Made by a program: the position numbers and the translations under genes. This document shows positions 49,910 to 61,124 of a stretch of 64,000 nucleotides of DNA, piece after piece. The stretch's first letter is position 1; each line of letters starts with the position of its first letter. This DNA comes from Carcharhinus amblyrhynchos (lineage: Eukaryota), in contig OZ336882.1 in the NCBI GenBank assembly GCA_965287045.1, positions 74,028,001 through 74,092,000 on the forward strand. The letters are read 5' to 3'. The notes below the pieces were generated by a model. That model was not told the origin of the DNA and searched no databases. It saw only the letters and a list, made by a program, of their open reading frames with translations.

Positions 49910-52265
49910 ATCTAGTGAGAGTGATGGAATGGAAGAGTGTGTGGAGGGCGGGAGAATGGCAGGTTAAAAGACTGTGGCGTGAAATATTGTTTCTTTGCAA
50001 GAACATGTGCAGTGAGTGTATGGGAGTTAAGTAAGTGTGGGAGGGTGAAATAGTTTGGAGTAGTGAGAGATTTGGGGGCTGCTTGAGTGTGCGTAAGGGG
50101 TTGCGGGGGAATGGGGGTCGTTGGAAGCGTGTGTCGGAGTGAGAATGTGGGCAGGAGTGAGAGTTGGAAAACATATTTTGCGTAGCTCAATCCCGTATCA
50201 GTTTTTTTTTCTGAACCTCACCCAAAGTGCCATATACTCCCATCCACATTCAGAGAAGGCGAAGATGTCGGTATGAGTACATTTAGTCTTTGAGTGAACT
50301 GAATGCTTACACGCTCACTTTACCGCAATCCAATACCGATACTTATGTTCTAAGTGTTTTTTTTTCTGTTGCTATGCAAGTTGTCTATTTCCAAGCATTT
50401 TTTTTAATTATTCGAGAGAGCTATGGCAAAATTTATTCATCAGATATTTGGGCTTTAGCCTATTGATTTAAAAAAATTGAAATGTGGCCCCTGACAAAAA
50501 CATATTTCAATGGCCTCGCATAGAACCTGCACAGAAAACATCTTATCGACTGTCAGGTTTCGAGCCAAGTCTAGGTTAACATCCGGAGTCTTGAAGAACG
50601 TTTGGGAAGTAGAAAAAGAGTAGAGTCGTCCACAGTGGCAAAAGCAATTGGATTTATTTTGTCAGTGTTAGTAACGTTTAATTGGGAATTTAATTCAGTG
50701 GATACGGTGGTTGTACTTCTGCAGTCGGATCAGCAGGAGTGTGAAGTGTTTTTTTTCCAAACTCCTGAAGAGTTCGGAGGCACTGGATTATCAGTGCTGC
50801 CTCACAGTTCCAGGGACTTGTGTTCGATTGCAGCTAGGGTCACCACCTGCGTAGATTCTGCATCTTTTGCCTGTGACTCCTCGTGTTCCTGCTTCCTCGT
50901 ACAGTCGAAGATGTGCGGGTTAGGTGGATTGTCCATTCTAATCTGCCAGGGCGACGAGCTAGATAAAATGTCTGGGGTTATGGGGATAGGGGCTGAGTGG
51001 GATTGTGGTTGGTGCAGAATCGATGGGCTTAATGACCTCCTTCTACACTGAAGGATCCTATGAATCTTTGAAATGGATGCGCAGTAACGCAGCATGCGAA
51101 ATTACTGGCATGGTAGGAAGGCACACTTTGGAAGTGAACAAATTTGCTTCTGGTTTGTACTATGCTTCTGTTGTAAGGTATGTTTCAGTCACATCCATTT
51201 TGATACCGTGAAGTTTCTTCAAGTGAATGCAGATACTGCAAAGTCTTATCTATTATAATGGGATACCATCGATAAGATGCAAGTTGGTAACTTCCTGCTG
51301 GTGTGAGTTCGAAAATAATGTTAATTTCACGATTCGAACATAATGTAGGTTTGGCAGAATGAACAACGGGAATGGAGGGATTAAAAGCAAATACTAAGCG
51401 GACAAAGCTAAATGACGATGAGTTTTCGAGTGGTGCGTCACCGTGATCAGAAGAATGAGGGATGTGGAGAAAAGAGCTAAGATAAAGGGGTGCGAGGCCG
51501 AATGGGGAGAAAAAATTGTATGCAACAGGGATGCAATGGAAGAAAGTGAAAGTACCCAGTAAGAGCAAGAGTGCAAAAGGGCTCTTGTGAGAGCAGGGTA
51601 GAGTGCTGACTTACGTGAAGAGGGAGCGGAGCAGGAGGGGAGGATGACAAAAAGGTGGGAGAGCAGTGGAATTGAGAAAAAAAAGCATATGCAGAGATTA
51701 AACTAAAGGGGCAGTGAAACAATAGGAAAGAGAAAGAGTGATCAAGACAAATAGAGAGAGTAAGGAACAAAGGGAGTCAGCGAGAAAAGAGAAGAGAGGA
51801 AGCGATTAAATAACGATCAGAAAATTACATGATGAGGTATCAGAGCAGAATTAGAGCATTTGGCTCTTGGGGTCCGCTTTGCCATTCCACCTTGGCTGAC
51901 AAGTTTCTCCACCACATTCTCCCGCCTTTTTCATAAAACGATTATTCCCATTTCCAATAAATAACACATCTATCTCTGCGTTAAGCCCCTCCAGTGACCT
52001 GGCCCCCACAACCTGCTGTGGCATTGACATTCGTGGAATCACCAACATCTGGCCGAAGAAATTCCTCCTCATCACAGTTATAAAGGATATCCCTTTACTC
52101 TGAGAGACTGCCCTCGTATCCTAATCTCTCCTACCAAGGGAAAATTATTCCCAACATTCACGCTTTCCAGACAGTTCAATATTCCATGTATTTCAGTGAG
52201 ATCCCCCTCACTCTTCTAAACTCCACTCAATGCAAGACCCTGATTCCTCAAACACATCAAACGTC
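49910..52265. repeat. Direct segmental duplication, copy A (partner about 61125-64000); short homologous blocks also at 45341-45429 vs 59474-59561 and 49111-49250 vs 59562-59700
   Basis: Collinear matches such as gaaatattgt..ctttgcaaga, aacctgcacagaaaacatcttatcgactgt, aaactcctgaagagttcggaggcactgg, and the shared antisense CR1. Confidence 0.92.
50770..51055 (+). mobile_element. Degraded tRNA-derived SINE (V-SINE/HE1-like); paralogous copy at 61960-62805
   Basis: agcactgctgcctcacag-like head, gatgtgcgggttaggtggattg core and a CR1-like 3' end. Confidence 0.65.
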
Positions 52266-52770
52266 ATCCTTTTCATTCCTGGGATAATTCCTGGCTCACA
52301 AGTCTAGATCCTGTCCAAGGTCTTCTTTAGATAAGGAACCCAAGATTTCTCGCAACTTTCCAAATGTCTTACCAAGGCCTTAAAAAGACTCAGCAATGCA
52401 TCTTTGTTTGTTTTTTGTATTCAAGTCCTTTCTAAATGAAAATGAACCTTGCATTCTTTCCTAAATAGCAAGTCAGCCTGCACGTTAGCCATACGATAAA
52501 CCTGAACGGACTCGGTCGTCCAACTTCTGAACTCCTAGTTTCGAAAATTGTGTACACCTCACTTTTTTTTTCCTGCAAAAGTAAATAATCTCACACTTTC
52601 TCACATTATCTTCCATCTGCCTCTAATTTTCCAACTCTCATAATCTGTCCAAATCATTTTCTAGCCTCCCCAACTGTTCAGTATTGCTTCTCGTTTCATC
52701 ATTATTTGTATCATCTGCGACAATAGCGGCAATCCGCTCAATTCCTTCCTCTCGATCATTGACGTATACA
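51850..52770 (-). mobile_element. Old CR1 3' fragment (paralogue at 63590-64000)
   Basis: MRRNFFGQ..V...SMPQQVV.A remnants. Confidence 0.7.
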
Positions 52771-53740
52771 TGAATTACAAAGGCAGGAATATCCGAACAA
52801 TGATGAAGAACCGTGGAGAAAGAAATTTTGAAGAAATAAACAGAAAGAAATTATTTTAAAGTTAGATTGAAAAAAAATGTACAGCAGAGAGCCTGGGAAC
52901 AGAAATACAAGAGGAAATAATCTTACAGAGCAAGTGGAAGACTGGGAGACTTATAAAGTAGCACATAGACAGCGAAAGAATGCAAGGGAAGCAGAGGCAC
53001 ACAGGCAGACAGAGATCATGAGATGCAACGTGCACATTTTGGGAATAGGCACAAGAGAAAGCCGGGGAGAGAGAAAGAAAGAGAGTTCAGACGGGGACAT
53101 TTGAAAACACCTTGTATTTATTTAACTCTTTTCTTGTAGGAAAATGTTCCAATGATCTTCACAGACAGGACAAATGGTAAAACATTTACACCAATCCAAG
53201 CAGATATTAGAAATGAGAGAAGGAATGACGCCGCATCGTGCATGAAAGAGAAATGAAGGACTAAGATTTTTACTGAAGGAATTCCAGAGGATTTTGCTTT
53301 GACAGTTGGAGATCAGTAGTGTTAAAGCGATTAAAAATGGCAAAATGGTTTATGATAGGAATTGGAAAAGAGTACAGGTATACAGAGAGTTTTGCTGGTT
53401 AAATGAGATTACAGAGATAAGACAAAAACTTTAGAGACTGGTGAAGAATAGAGAGATGGATGGACATCGGGACGGAGGAAGATAGAGAGATGGAGACGTT
53501 TGTAGTATTAGGTTAGCATACAAAGTTCCAGAAGGCTGCATTTTCTAATGGAGCTGGAAAAAAAAGTGTATTTCGTATTCAACGGAAGCAATAGTTTTTA
53601 AAAAAGTAACTAGAGAAATACAACATGCCACAATATTAGGGTGTCTTATTGGGACTGGAAAGGATTTCAAGCATTGATGGAATTTTGCTGCTGGGAAATG
53701 TGCCAGATTTAGGGAACGTTCTCTGAGCTAAAGAAGTGTA

Positions 53741-54600
53741 ATGATGGGGAGACGCCGGTGTTGGACTGGGGTAGACGCAGTAAGAAGTCTGACAACACCA
53801 GGTTTAAGTCAAACCGATTAATTTGATAGTAAACTCGCAAGCTTCTGGGGTTTGCCCCTTCGTCAGGTGAATGGAAAGTTCTGGCCTCAGGCATGAGCAT
53901 ATAATAGCACAGACAGTTTACAGATTATTGATTAGAATGCGAGTCTTTACACCTAACCTGCTATTCAAGTCTTAAAGTGGCTAACAGTGTGAGTGGAAGG
54001 GGCATTAAGCCCAGGTTAAAGAGATGTGTATTGTCTCCAGACAGTAAAGTAAGTGATGTTTGGCAAACCCAGGCAAGTCATGGAGGTTACAGATAGTGCG
54101 ACATGAACCCAAGATCCCTATTGAGACCGTCCTCATGTGCGCGGAACTTGGTTATTAGTCTCTGCTCAGCGACTCTGTGCTGTCATGTGTCGTGAAGGCC
54201 GCCTGGGAGAATGCTTATCCGAAGGTCAGAGGCCGAATGCCCGTGACCACTGAAGTGTTCCCCAACAGGAAGGGAACAATCTTGCCTGGTGATTCTCGAG
54301 TGATGTTCATTCATCCGTTGTCTTAGCGTCTGCATGGTCTCCCCAATGTACCATGCTTCGGGACATCCTTTCCTGCAGCATATTAATAATAACATTGTTG
54401 GCCTCTTTAAGACTTGAATAGCAGGTTAGTTGTAAAGGCTCGCATTCTAATCAGTAATCTGTAAACTGTGTGTGCTGTTATATGCTCTGTCTGAGGCCAG
54501 AACTCTCCATTCACCTGACGAAGGGGTAAACCCCGAAAGCTTGCGAATTTACTATCAAATAAATCGGTTGGACTTAAACCTGGTGTTGTCAGACTTCTTA
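53741..54600 (-). mobile_element. 5'-truncated Penelope-like element (GIY-YIG endonuclease C-terminus and pseudo-LTR) with an inverted pseudo-LTR copy and a 13 bp TSD
   Basis: ICCRKGCPEAWYIGETMQTLRQRMNEH...VGEHFSGHGH (54183..54395); about 200 bp inverted repeat 53779-53978 vs 54405-54602; TSD ctaaagaagtgta (53728) and ctaaagaagcgta (54601). Confidence 0.93.
54509..54549 (+). ncRNA. Minimal type I hammerhead ribozyme motif in the Penelope pseudo-LTR
   Basis: attcac-CTGACGA-a-GGGG taaa CCCC-GAAA-gctt-gcgaat: core CUGANGA and GAAA, perfect 4 bp stem II, stem I attcac/gcgaat, palindromic AAGCTT stem III. Confidence 0.8.
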
Positions 54601-55758
54601 CTAAAGAAGCGTACACAGTTTGTGCAAGGTCTAGAGACTGGAAGATCTTAAAGTGATCGTGAGCTCTACAGGGTCGAGATAATTAGTGAGTTCAGGAGGA
54701 ATCAGCAACTTTGAAACATGCAGGATTTTTAACTCAAGGTTTTGTTGGACAGAGAAATTGATAGGTCAGATTGCAAAAAGGATGATTTGCGTATGGGACT
54801 TTCTGTGATTGAGCCATAGATTTTGCAGAGGGTGTGTTATGGAGTGTGTAAAGTGAACATTTGACAGAATTGCTTTGGATTAATGATGTCTGGAAGAAGC
54901 AATTAAAAAGTCGACACATTGCGCAGATTCTAACAAAAGAAACAAGTCTGGTGAAATTTTGGATTGGAATAAATGTGAAGGAGTAGACAGGTGGTCAGTC
55001 ATGGGGGTCTGGTTTGACTTCTGCGGACTTGATTGGGAACAGGTTCCAGAGGGAGGCACGAAGGTGACCCACAACCACGAACCAAGATGAACTGGTTCGC
55101 AACCTCTCACCCATCGCCATCTCCAACCCGCACGCTCCTATCTTCTATCCCAGACACAGGCTCCGCATGTGATCACGCGGATACTATGTCACAGTCTATC
55201 CTGGGGAGGAGAGGTGGAAAAGAGAGATAGATGGTGAAATATAGGGATCACCGATTCCATATTTTTCTGGAATATTGCTGATAAGCGATGTGTAAAACTC
55301 AAATTCCACCAGCCAACCAATCAGTATTCTACTCTCATAAAGTAAACATTGTTTTTTTTCACCCGTCTTCCGATATTATTGCAAAAAATGCATATGACTG
55401 AAAGGCGGAAAGTTTTAACATTATGTTCCTTTCAGCAATAATCAAGGCCTGCACGACTGCAAAAGTAAATTCTTTCTATATGGAGGCAGGATGGGCGGAT
55501 AGATAAGTGGGTGGATAGACGGATGGCTGGACAGGTGGGCGGCAAAACAGATTGATGACATAGTAGATAGATGAATGGAGGAATGGAAGGAAGCAAAGAT
55601 GGAAAAAAAAGGAATGATGGTGGGATGGGTGTTTGTACAAACGTATCAATTGACTTTCCTGGCACTAACATCTTTTTGATGTTTTTAATCCTCAAGGATT
55701 TTTCCTTTGTGCCGCGGTGGTCAACCCTTGCATCAAAGCACTGAATCTACGAGCAGAT

Positions 55759-56650
55759 TCAAAAGTACTTGTTTATTAATTTAATAATTGATATAACAGG
55801 ATATTTCACAACATTCTTCACCTGCTCTCTGAATTTGTACTGAGTCGCCACATAAATAAATGTGTTCGTGCAACAGTTTAAATCCTTAGCATATACGCAA
55901 TTTCTTCAAAGTTATAAAAAGATTCAGCATCTAAACTATCAGCGACGTCAAAAAAGTATAAAACATACAACAGCCACAGAAGAAGGAAGCTGCCAGGAAT
56001 GGTGAACAGCAAAATTAATGACTTCGTTCTGTTCTCTATCTCTGGATCACGGTCATTCTCTGCCTTGCTCTAACCTCTCAGTCCTTCACGTGCTCGACTA
56101 CTTAGGAAAAGGTGTCTGACGGTCAGGGCGTTGAGAAACAGAATTACACCGAATGGTATCAATGGGGTTAAAATCTTTTCAAATTCTCTAAATTTAATCC
56201 GTCGGGGATCAGTGAAGTAGCTTCGCTTATTTAAACAGTGCCATGGTACATTATCGATGATTTCTCTCGGTTCAAATCTGAAGTAGATGGGAATATTTTT
56301 TAAACAAAGCAAAATGCCAATTGTAGATAGTATCAGCACCGCAGTTTTCCTGGTGCAATATTTAGTTTTCAGCCAAGGACAACAAATAGCAACGTATCGA
56401 TGAAAACTGAAAGCCACAGTAAACCAAACAGAGCAGTCTAGGGCTGCACGCAGAAGTGCATAGCGAACACTGCACACAGGGGTAATCCACAGGAAATTAA
56501 TTCTGAAATAATAGTAATTGATGCGCCTGAGAATGACCTCGGTAATAATGACCAAGAGATCCGCAATTGCCATTGCCACCAGGTATTGAGTGGTGCAGGT
56601 GGAGAGGCCACAATTGCCACGTAACAGAGTGACGATTGCAAGTCCGTTAA
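55759..56650 (-). pseudogene. GPR139-like gene 4 pseudogene, exon 2 (paralogue of gene 1)
   Basis: Acceptor ttacag|TTAAC at 56650; DRF changed to HRY; TAG at 56070-56072 where gene 1 has Gln (CAG); 1 nt deletion near 55882 (ATG CTA AGG A-T TTA); ancestral stop at 55759; no exon 1 found in the window. Confidence 0.9.
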
Positions 56651-57124
56651 CTGTAAGAGAAATAAGAGTCAAGGAACTAGAAATTATTAACATCCGTCTG
56701 CTACTCCCTAATACATGTGGTGTGATATTTAGCGTCAAAAACCGCGGATTAGGATCGATCAACAGCTGGTGAATCTCGAACTTGACAAGCTCCCACAATT
56801 GTGCCCGGATAACCACAGCGCATCTCCCTGCTCTGATTTTCTCACAAACATCCAGAGAAATATAGTTCTTCTGGCAAAATCAAACATTCACTGAGTCACT
56901 GATGAGGTACTGACTGCCCCGTTTTGCGACGGCGGTCAGACGCTTCAGTGTTTCACACTCAGGTGATGACCTTTTGTTTTCAGACTCTGTAGTGTCACAT
57001 TTCCGTTGAACTAACTTCTCGGTGGTGTGACCAGGCGACTTATTTCTTCCGCCAGTTACATAGACTGATATATAATGTTGTTGTTTTTGATAGGGATGAG
57101 TGGTTTTCGGAATTCATCGTGAAT

Positions 57125-58180
57125 GTTGCCTGTCTTTCTCCAGGGCCTCCATAAAGTCTGGGCTATGGATGTCTTGCGTCACAGCTGTCTCCTATCTGGA
57201 ATAGTGACTGCCATCAGGGAGCCGCTCCTCAGGAATTTGCTTCCCCTCTCAATTTATTTCCAGGGACTGCCGGAGAGATGGGGTGTGGATGCTGGGATGA
57301 CCAGGGTCAACGATATGGTGGGTGGCGGGGAATGGGCTGGATGATGCCCTACGAGTTGGCTCAATATTCGACAGTTGGCATCCAGCTCCTCATTGACGGT
57401 ATATCTCACCTCAACACAATAGTGCTTGGACCCAAGTTTACACAGCGTGTCGAGGAGACACACCAGTGTGGTGAAATCCCGTCCGACCATACCCCTGCTC
57501 GGATGGAAATCCACATTGTCCGTAAACCCAGAGCCGTTTCCCCAAGGATTGAACCCCGCAGTGTGAGAAACCTCACGGGAATGCTTCGGTGCCCTCTGCC
57601 AATGCAAAACGGGATTCTCTTTACGGGTACTGCTGCACAACTTCCACTTCTATGTTCTCGCCCCAAGATAGGATTTATTGCTGTCCAGCAATGGAGGACA
57701 CTCTATGGAGGGATCCTTCTCCTCTTCATCGGAACCTGGGGTGAAGACTAGTGCATGTAGCATTACATGTAACCGAAAATGGCACTGGTCCACAGGCTCC
57801 CATATAACCTGCCCTTTTTGTGATGCCTTGAACCACGTCTAGGTTACTTGTTTTAAACAGTATTCCCTTTCAGTTAGTAAAAAAAAATGTTTATTGATGG
57901 TTGGTTTGCAACTGGTTTACGGGCGGGGTCGGTAGGGAAGGCAGAAGATTGTCTCGTGCACCTGTTCTTCGGCCTGGCTCAGTATTTCAGCATATTACAT
58001 ATTTCAGCAGACAAACAAGAGTTTTCTTCATTCTGAGAGTCTGCCCGTCAACTGCAGCTCTATTCACAGCTGGGTGTCACTGGAGACGGAGCATGCGCCG
58101 TCAGACGTACCACTGAGGCCTTTCGTGATGGTTTGGGCATTGGAGGGATTGCCGTGTATTGACCCTGTTTAAGCACATTT
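57125..58180 (+). mobile_element. Degraded Tx1-clade (L1-like) non-LTR retrotransposon ORF2 C-terminal region
   Basis: WRTLYGGILLLFIG.LG*RLVH.A..CN, CPFC near 57810, and VSLETEHA...EAFRD near 58075-58130. Confidence 0.7.
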
Positions 58181-58549
58181 TGGACCAATGCATTAAATTC
58201 CGTTCTGGTTCACTGCTTGCTATTGGTGGTTTTCCTTCTTTTAATGGGGCTTTCCTTCCTGCTTTCTTATTGAGTTTAGTTGAGTCCGTTTAATTTTCTA
58301 TGGTTCTATGTGCCTATCTGTACCTTCTGGCGCTCTGTCCTATCCATCATGGTACTGATCTCATGAACTTTGAGTGACAAATGTATCCCTCCACTTCAGT
58401 CTTTGTTATGTTTTTGGCACTAACTTTCAATATAGAATTATTGGCCGACATGCCGAGCCATTATCTTACATTCTCTTTGAAGCATTCAACAAAACGTCTT
58501 CGTTTTGTTTGCCATATCATTGGGAGTGAATACGTTGGACCAAAGTCAA

Positions 58550-58622
58550 CATCTGGAAAGTGGCTTGAACCTTGGACTCTCTGATTAAACGTCTGTGGCT
58601 GTAACGACTGAGCTACCCAGGA
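58550..58622 (-). pseudogene. tRNA-Lys(TTT) pseudogene, full length 73 nt
   Basis: Reverse complement tcctgggtagctcagtcgttacagccacagacgtttaatcagagagtccaaggttcaagccactttccagatg aligns without gaps to tRNA-Lys(TTT); stems and position 33 are mutated. Confidence 0.82.
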
Positions 58623-59925
58623 TCGTTTTAGAGCTACGCCCAAGGTCTGATTAGAAGTATCACATTCCGATTGTCTGCACTTCATCAGTAATTCAACCAC
58701 GGCAAGCATCTCTCTCGGAGCCAGTCTTTTTTTTTTCCTACTTTTGTCTTCATTTCACAAATCCACTAACCTAAGCCATTACCATTCATTACCAGTGAAG
58801 TGTAATGTGAGTATTTACCCACGTATCTAACCTGAGCCTTTACAACGTTAAAGATTGTGTTTATTTTCGGGGGAGATGCTGAGTTGCAGTAATTGCAATA
58901 TGAAGCTACAACATAGACACAAATATAGATTTCACGAATGGCTCAGCTGTTCTGTCTGGTGGTTATTGCGGATGAATGTGTTCTCAAGATCAACTCATTG
59001 GGCTAACATCCTAAAGTGCCCGAGAAAACAAATTATATCGTTGTAATAGATTTGTCACCTCAACTTCTTCATCAAGAAACTCAAAATTTCGAGTATCCCA
59101 ACTCGATCCTGATAAGGTGTCATCACACAAAGACATAAATTCTTCCTCATAATGAACAAGGACAACAGCCAGAAAATGCCTCATGCATGACATTCCAAAG
59201 GCAACATGGGTGAATTTGAAATTGCCCACATGCATAAACTTCTCGAATTTACTGCTGAATCCGCTCGAGTTTTGGTTTAAAGCCGCACACTAACTGTGTT
59301 GAAGCTTTCTAAATGACAGATTACAATCCAGATTTTTTTTTCTGTTGTTCTGTTGGTATGTTAGACTTAAGTATCTCCCTGGAATGTAGGATCATACAGG
59401 AACTGATACTGTGGAACTGAAGAGCTGTCCCTGCTCCTGCGAGGGAAACTGTACCTTTTGTGTGTTAGAAGGAGATGCCTGCATTGATTATTGTACCTCT
59501 GGTGGAGGGTGGAAATAAGAACAAAGGGAGGTATGTGATGGGGTGGAGGATAACAAAGATTCAGTTTGCCAAGTGAAGGATTGACTGAGGAATGTCAACA
59601 CATCTCCAGAAAAGAGCGGAGAGAGACAAATGATGAAATGTTTTAAATCTTGAACTTGAAATGATATCTGCCTTTACCCATTTCATCAATTCAAATCTTT
59701 TTTTTCCACAACTGGCTGAGACGCAGCCCCGATTGATCAGTGGGAAAACTTGGTAAGATACCGGCTCAGTTTGAACTCTACGAGGAACTTAGTGTCTAAC
59801 GTAACAATTCCCTGCATAAACCTCGATCCTCTTCTTCGCTACTCAAGGAATAGAAAATGGACCAAATGCTGACAAGGGCGAGCGTGCAAAAGTAGGGGAA
59901 TACTAATTGCTGTGCAAAAATATTG

Positions 59926-60048
59926 CTGCTCAGTATGAGAGGAACAATAGGTTCAGAGATTTGGTGTTTATGCTTGGCTAAGGAGTTATTGTTGCGAAGC
60001 TACCATCTGAGGGTTTAGAACTGAACGACTGCAGTCAGAATCCTGCCT
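59926..60048 (+). pseudogene. 28S rRNA fragment (sarcin-ricin loop and downstream helices), degraded
   Basis: ctgctcagtatgagaggaac...ggttcagagatttggtgt...gcttggct.aggag...gcgaagctaccatctg...actgaacg...gtcagaatcc matches the conserved eukaryotic LSU domain VI. Confidence 0.88.
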
Positions 60049-61124
60049 AAAATAAATGAATGCCTTCAGGTGAATTGTTTTTTCTCAAAAAATGGGCAAA
60101 TTACTGCTTTTTTTATCAGACTATTACGTATATATACGGATAATTGCAGAGGTCTATGTTACTCAGTGACAGGGCACTACACAGCTCCGTTAAAAGCGCT
60201 GTATGAAATTCGTTTTTCTTCAAACAAGAGAACCCATACATAATATTCAAGCGCAAAACATACAACATGTTGGTGGATATAGAAGAGCATATTTCCAAAA
60301 CATTCAAAGTGACCCAGACAGAAAATTTTAAACAGAGATGCATGTTGAAATTATCTCCCTTAATTAGTTGAAAATGACAACGAGAAAGTTTTCTAGTGAA
60401 ACGGAAGTCAGCTCAGAAAATTGTTCAGAATGTAAGTTGTGAGAAGCAACTTAATTCGAAATGTGAAGTATGTGGACGCTACAAATTTCAGACAATTGTA
60501 AAGCCATTTTATGCGGCCACCACAGGCTATTTCTCACATGCAGGTCAAACAAGTAAGTGTGAATGGGAACAACTGCACAATTGAGCTCATGCAACCAGAT
60601 GCTCTTTATTACACCGTTGTGTTTTGAAGAGAGGCAGACTACAGGCATAGGGAGTCAAGGAGCAGCTAGGGAGCAGGGCCACCAGCGCTGAGTAGTGAGG
60701 TCAGAGGGTCCGGGGATCCATCTCGAGGAACGAAAAAGTTGGGCCCAGGAGCTGAGCGGTGGGAAGCGGAGGGGCGCAAAGCAAAGTGAGCAACATGAAG
60801 CCGGTCAGGGCTACGATCAAAGGTAATAGAACTGATTGTGCATTACTGGAGTCCAGGGAGCTAGGGACGAGTAGGGGGCTAGGGGGCTCAGGTACTAGGG
60901 GTCAGAGTCTGGGCATTCAGAGTGGGATCCAGGAGTTTGTAGCACTGGTTGGGCGTCCATAGTGGGGCGCGAGAGTGTGGGAGGGAATTGAGTGATTGTG
61001 CCTGATGTCAGAGTATGGGGTTAGAATGTGCCAGGGTTGGTGAACGAAAGTTGTTGGGAATGAACATTTCCGGGCATGAAATATTCGAGATGATAATGCG
61101 AGAGAAAGTGAACGAATGCCGGCG

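Noticed and set aside
48903-50660. CACAGTG heptamers (48903, 50631; also 15049) as V(D)J recombination signals
   Set aside because: No ACAAAAACC nonamer at 12 or 23 nt spacing and no Ig/TCR segments seen.
56651-56816. N-terminal extension of the 248 aa GPCR ORF, read as a truncated single-exon receptor
   Set aside because: Intronic read-through; the downstream stop and frameshift show a pseudogene.
59760-59842. Possible antisense tRNA-Ser/Leu relic
   Set aside because: Similarity is too weak to support by eye.
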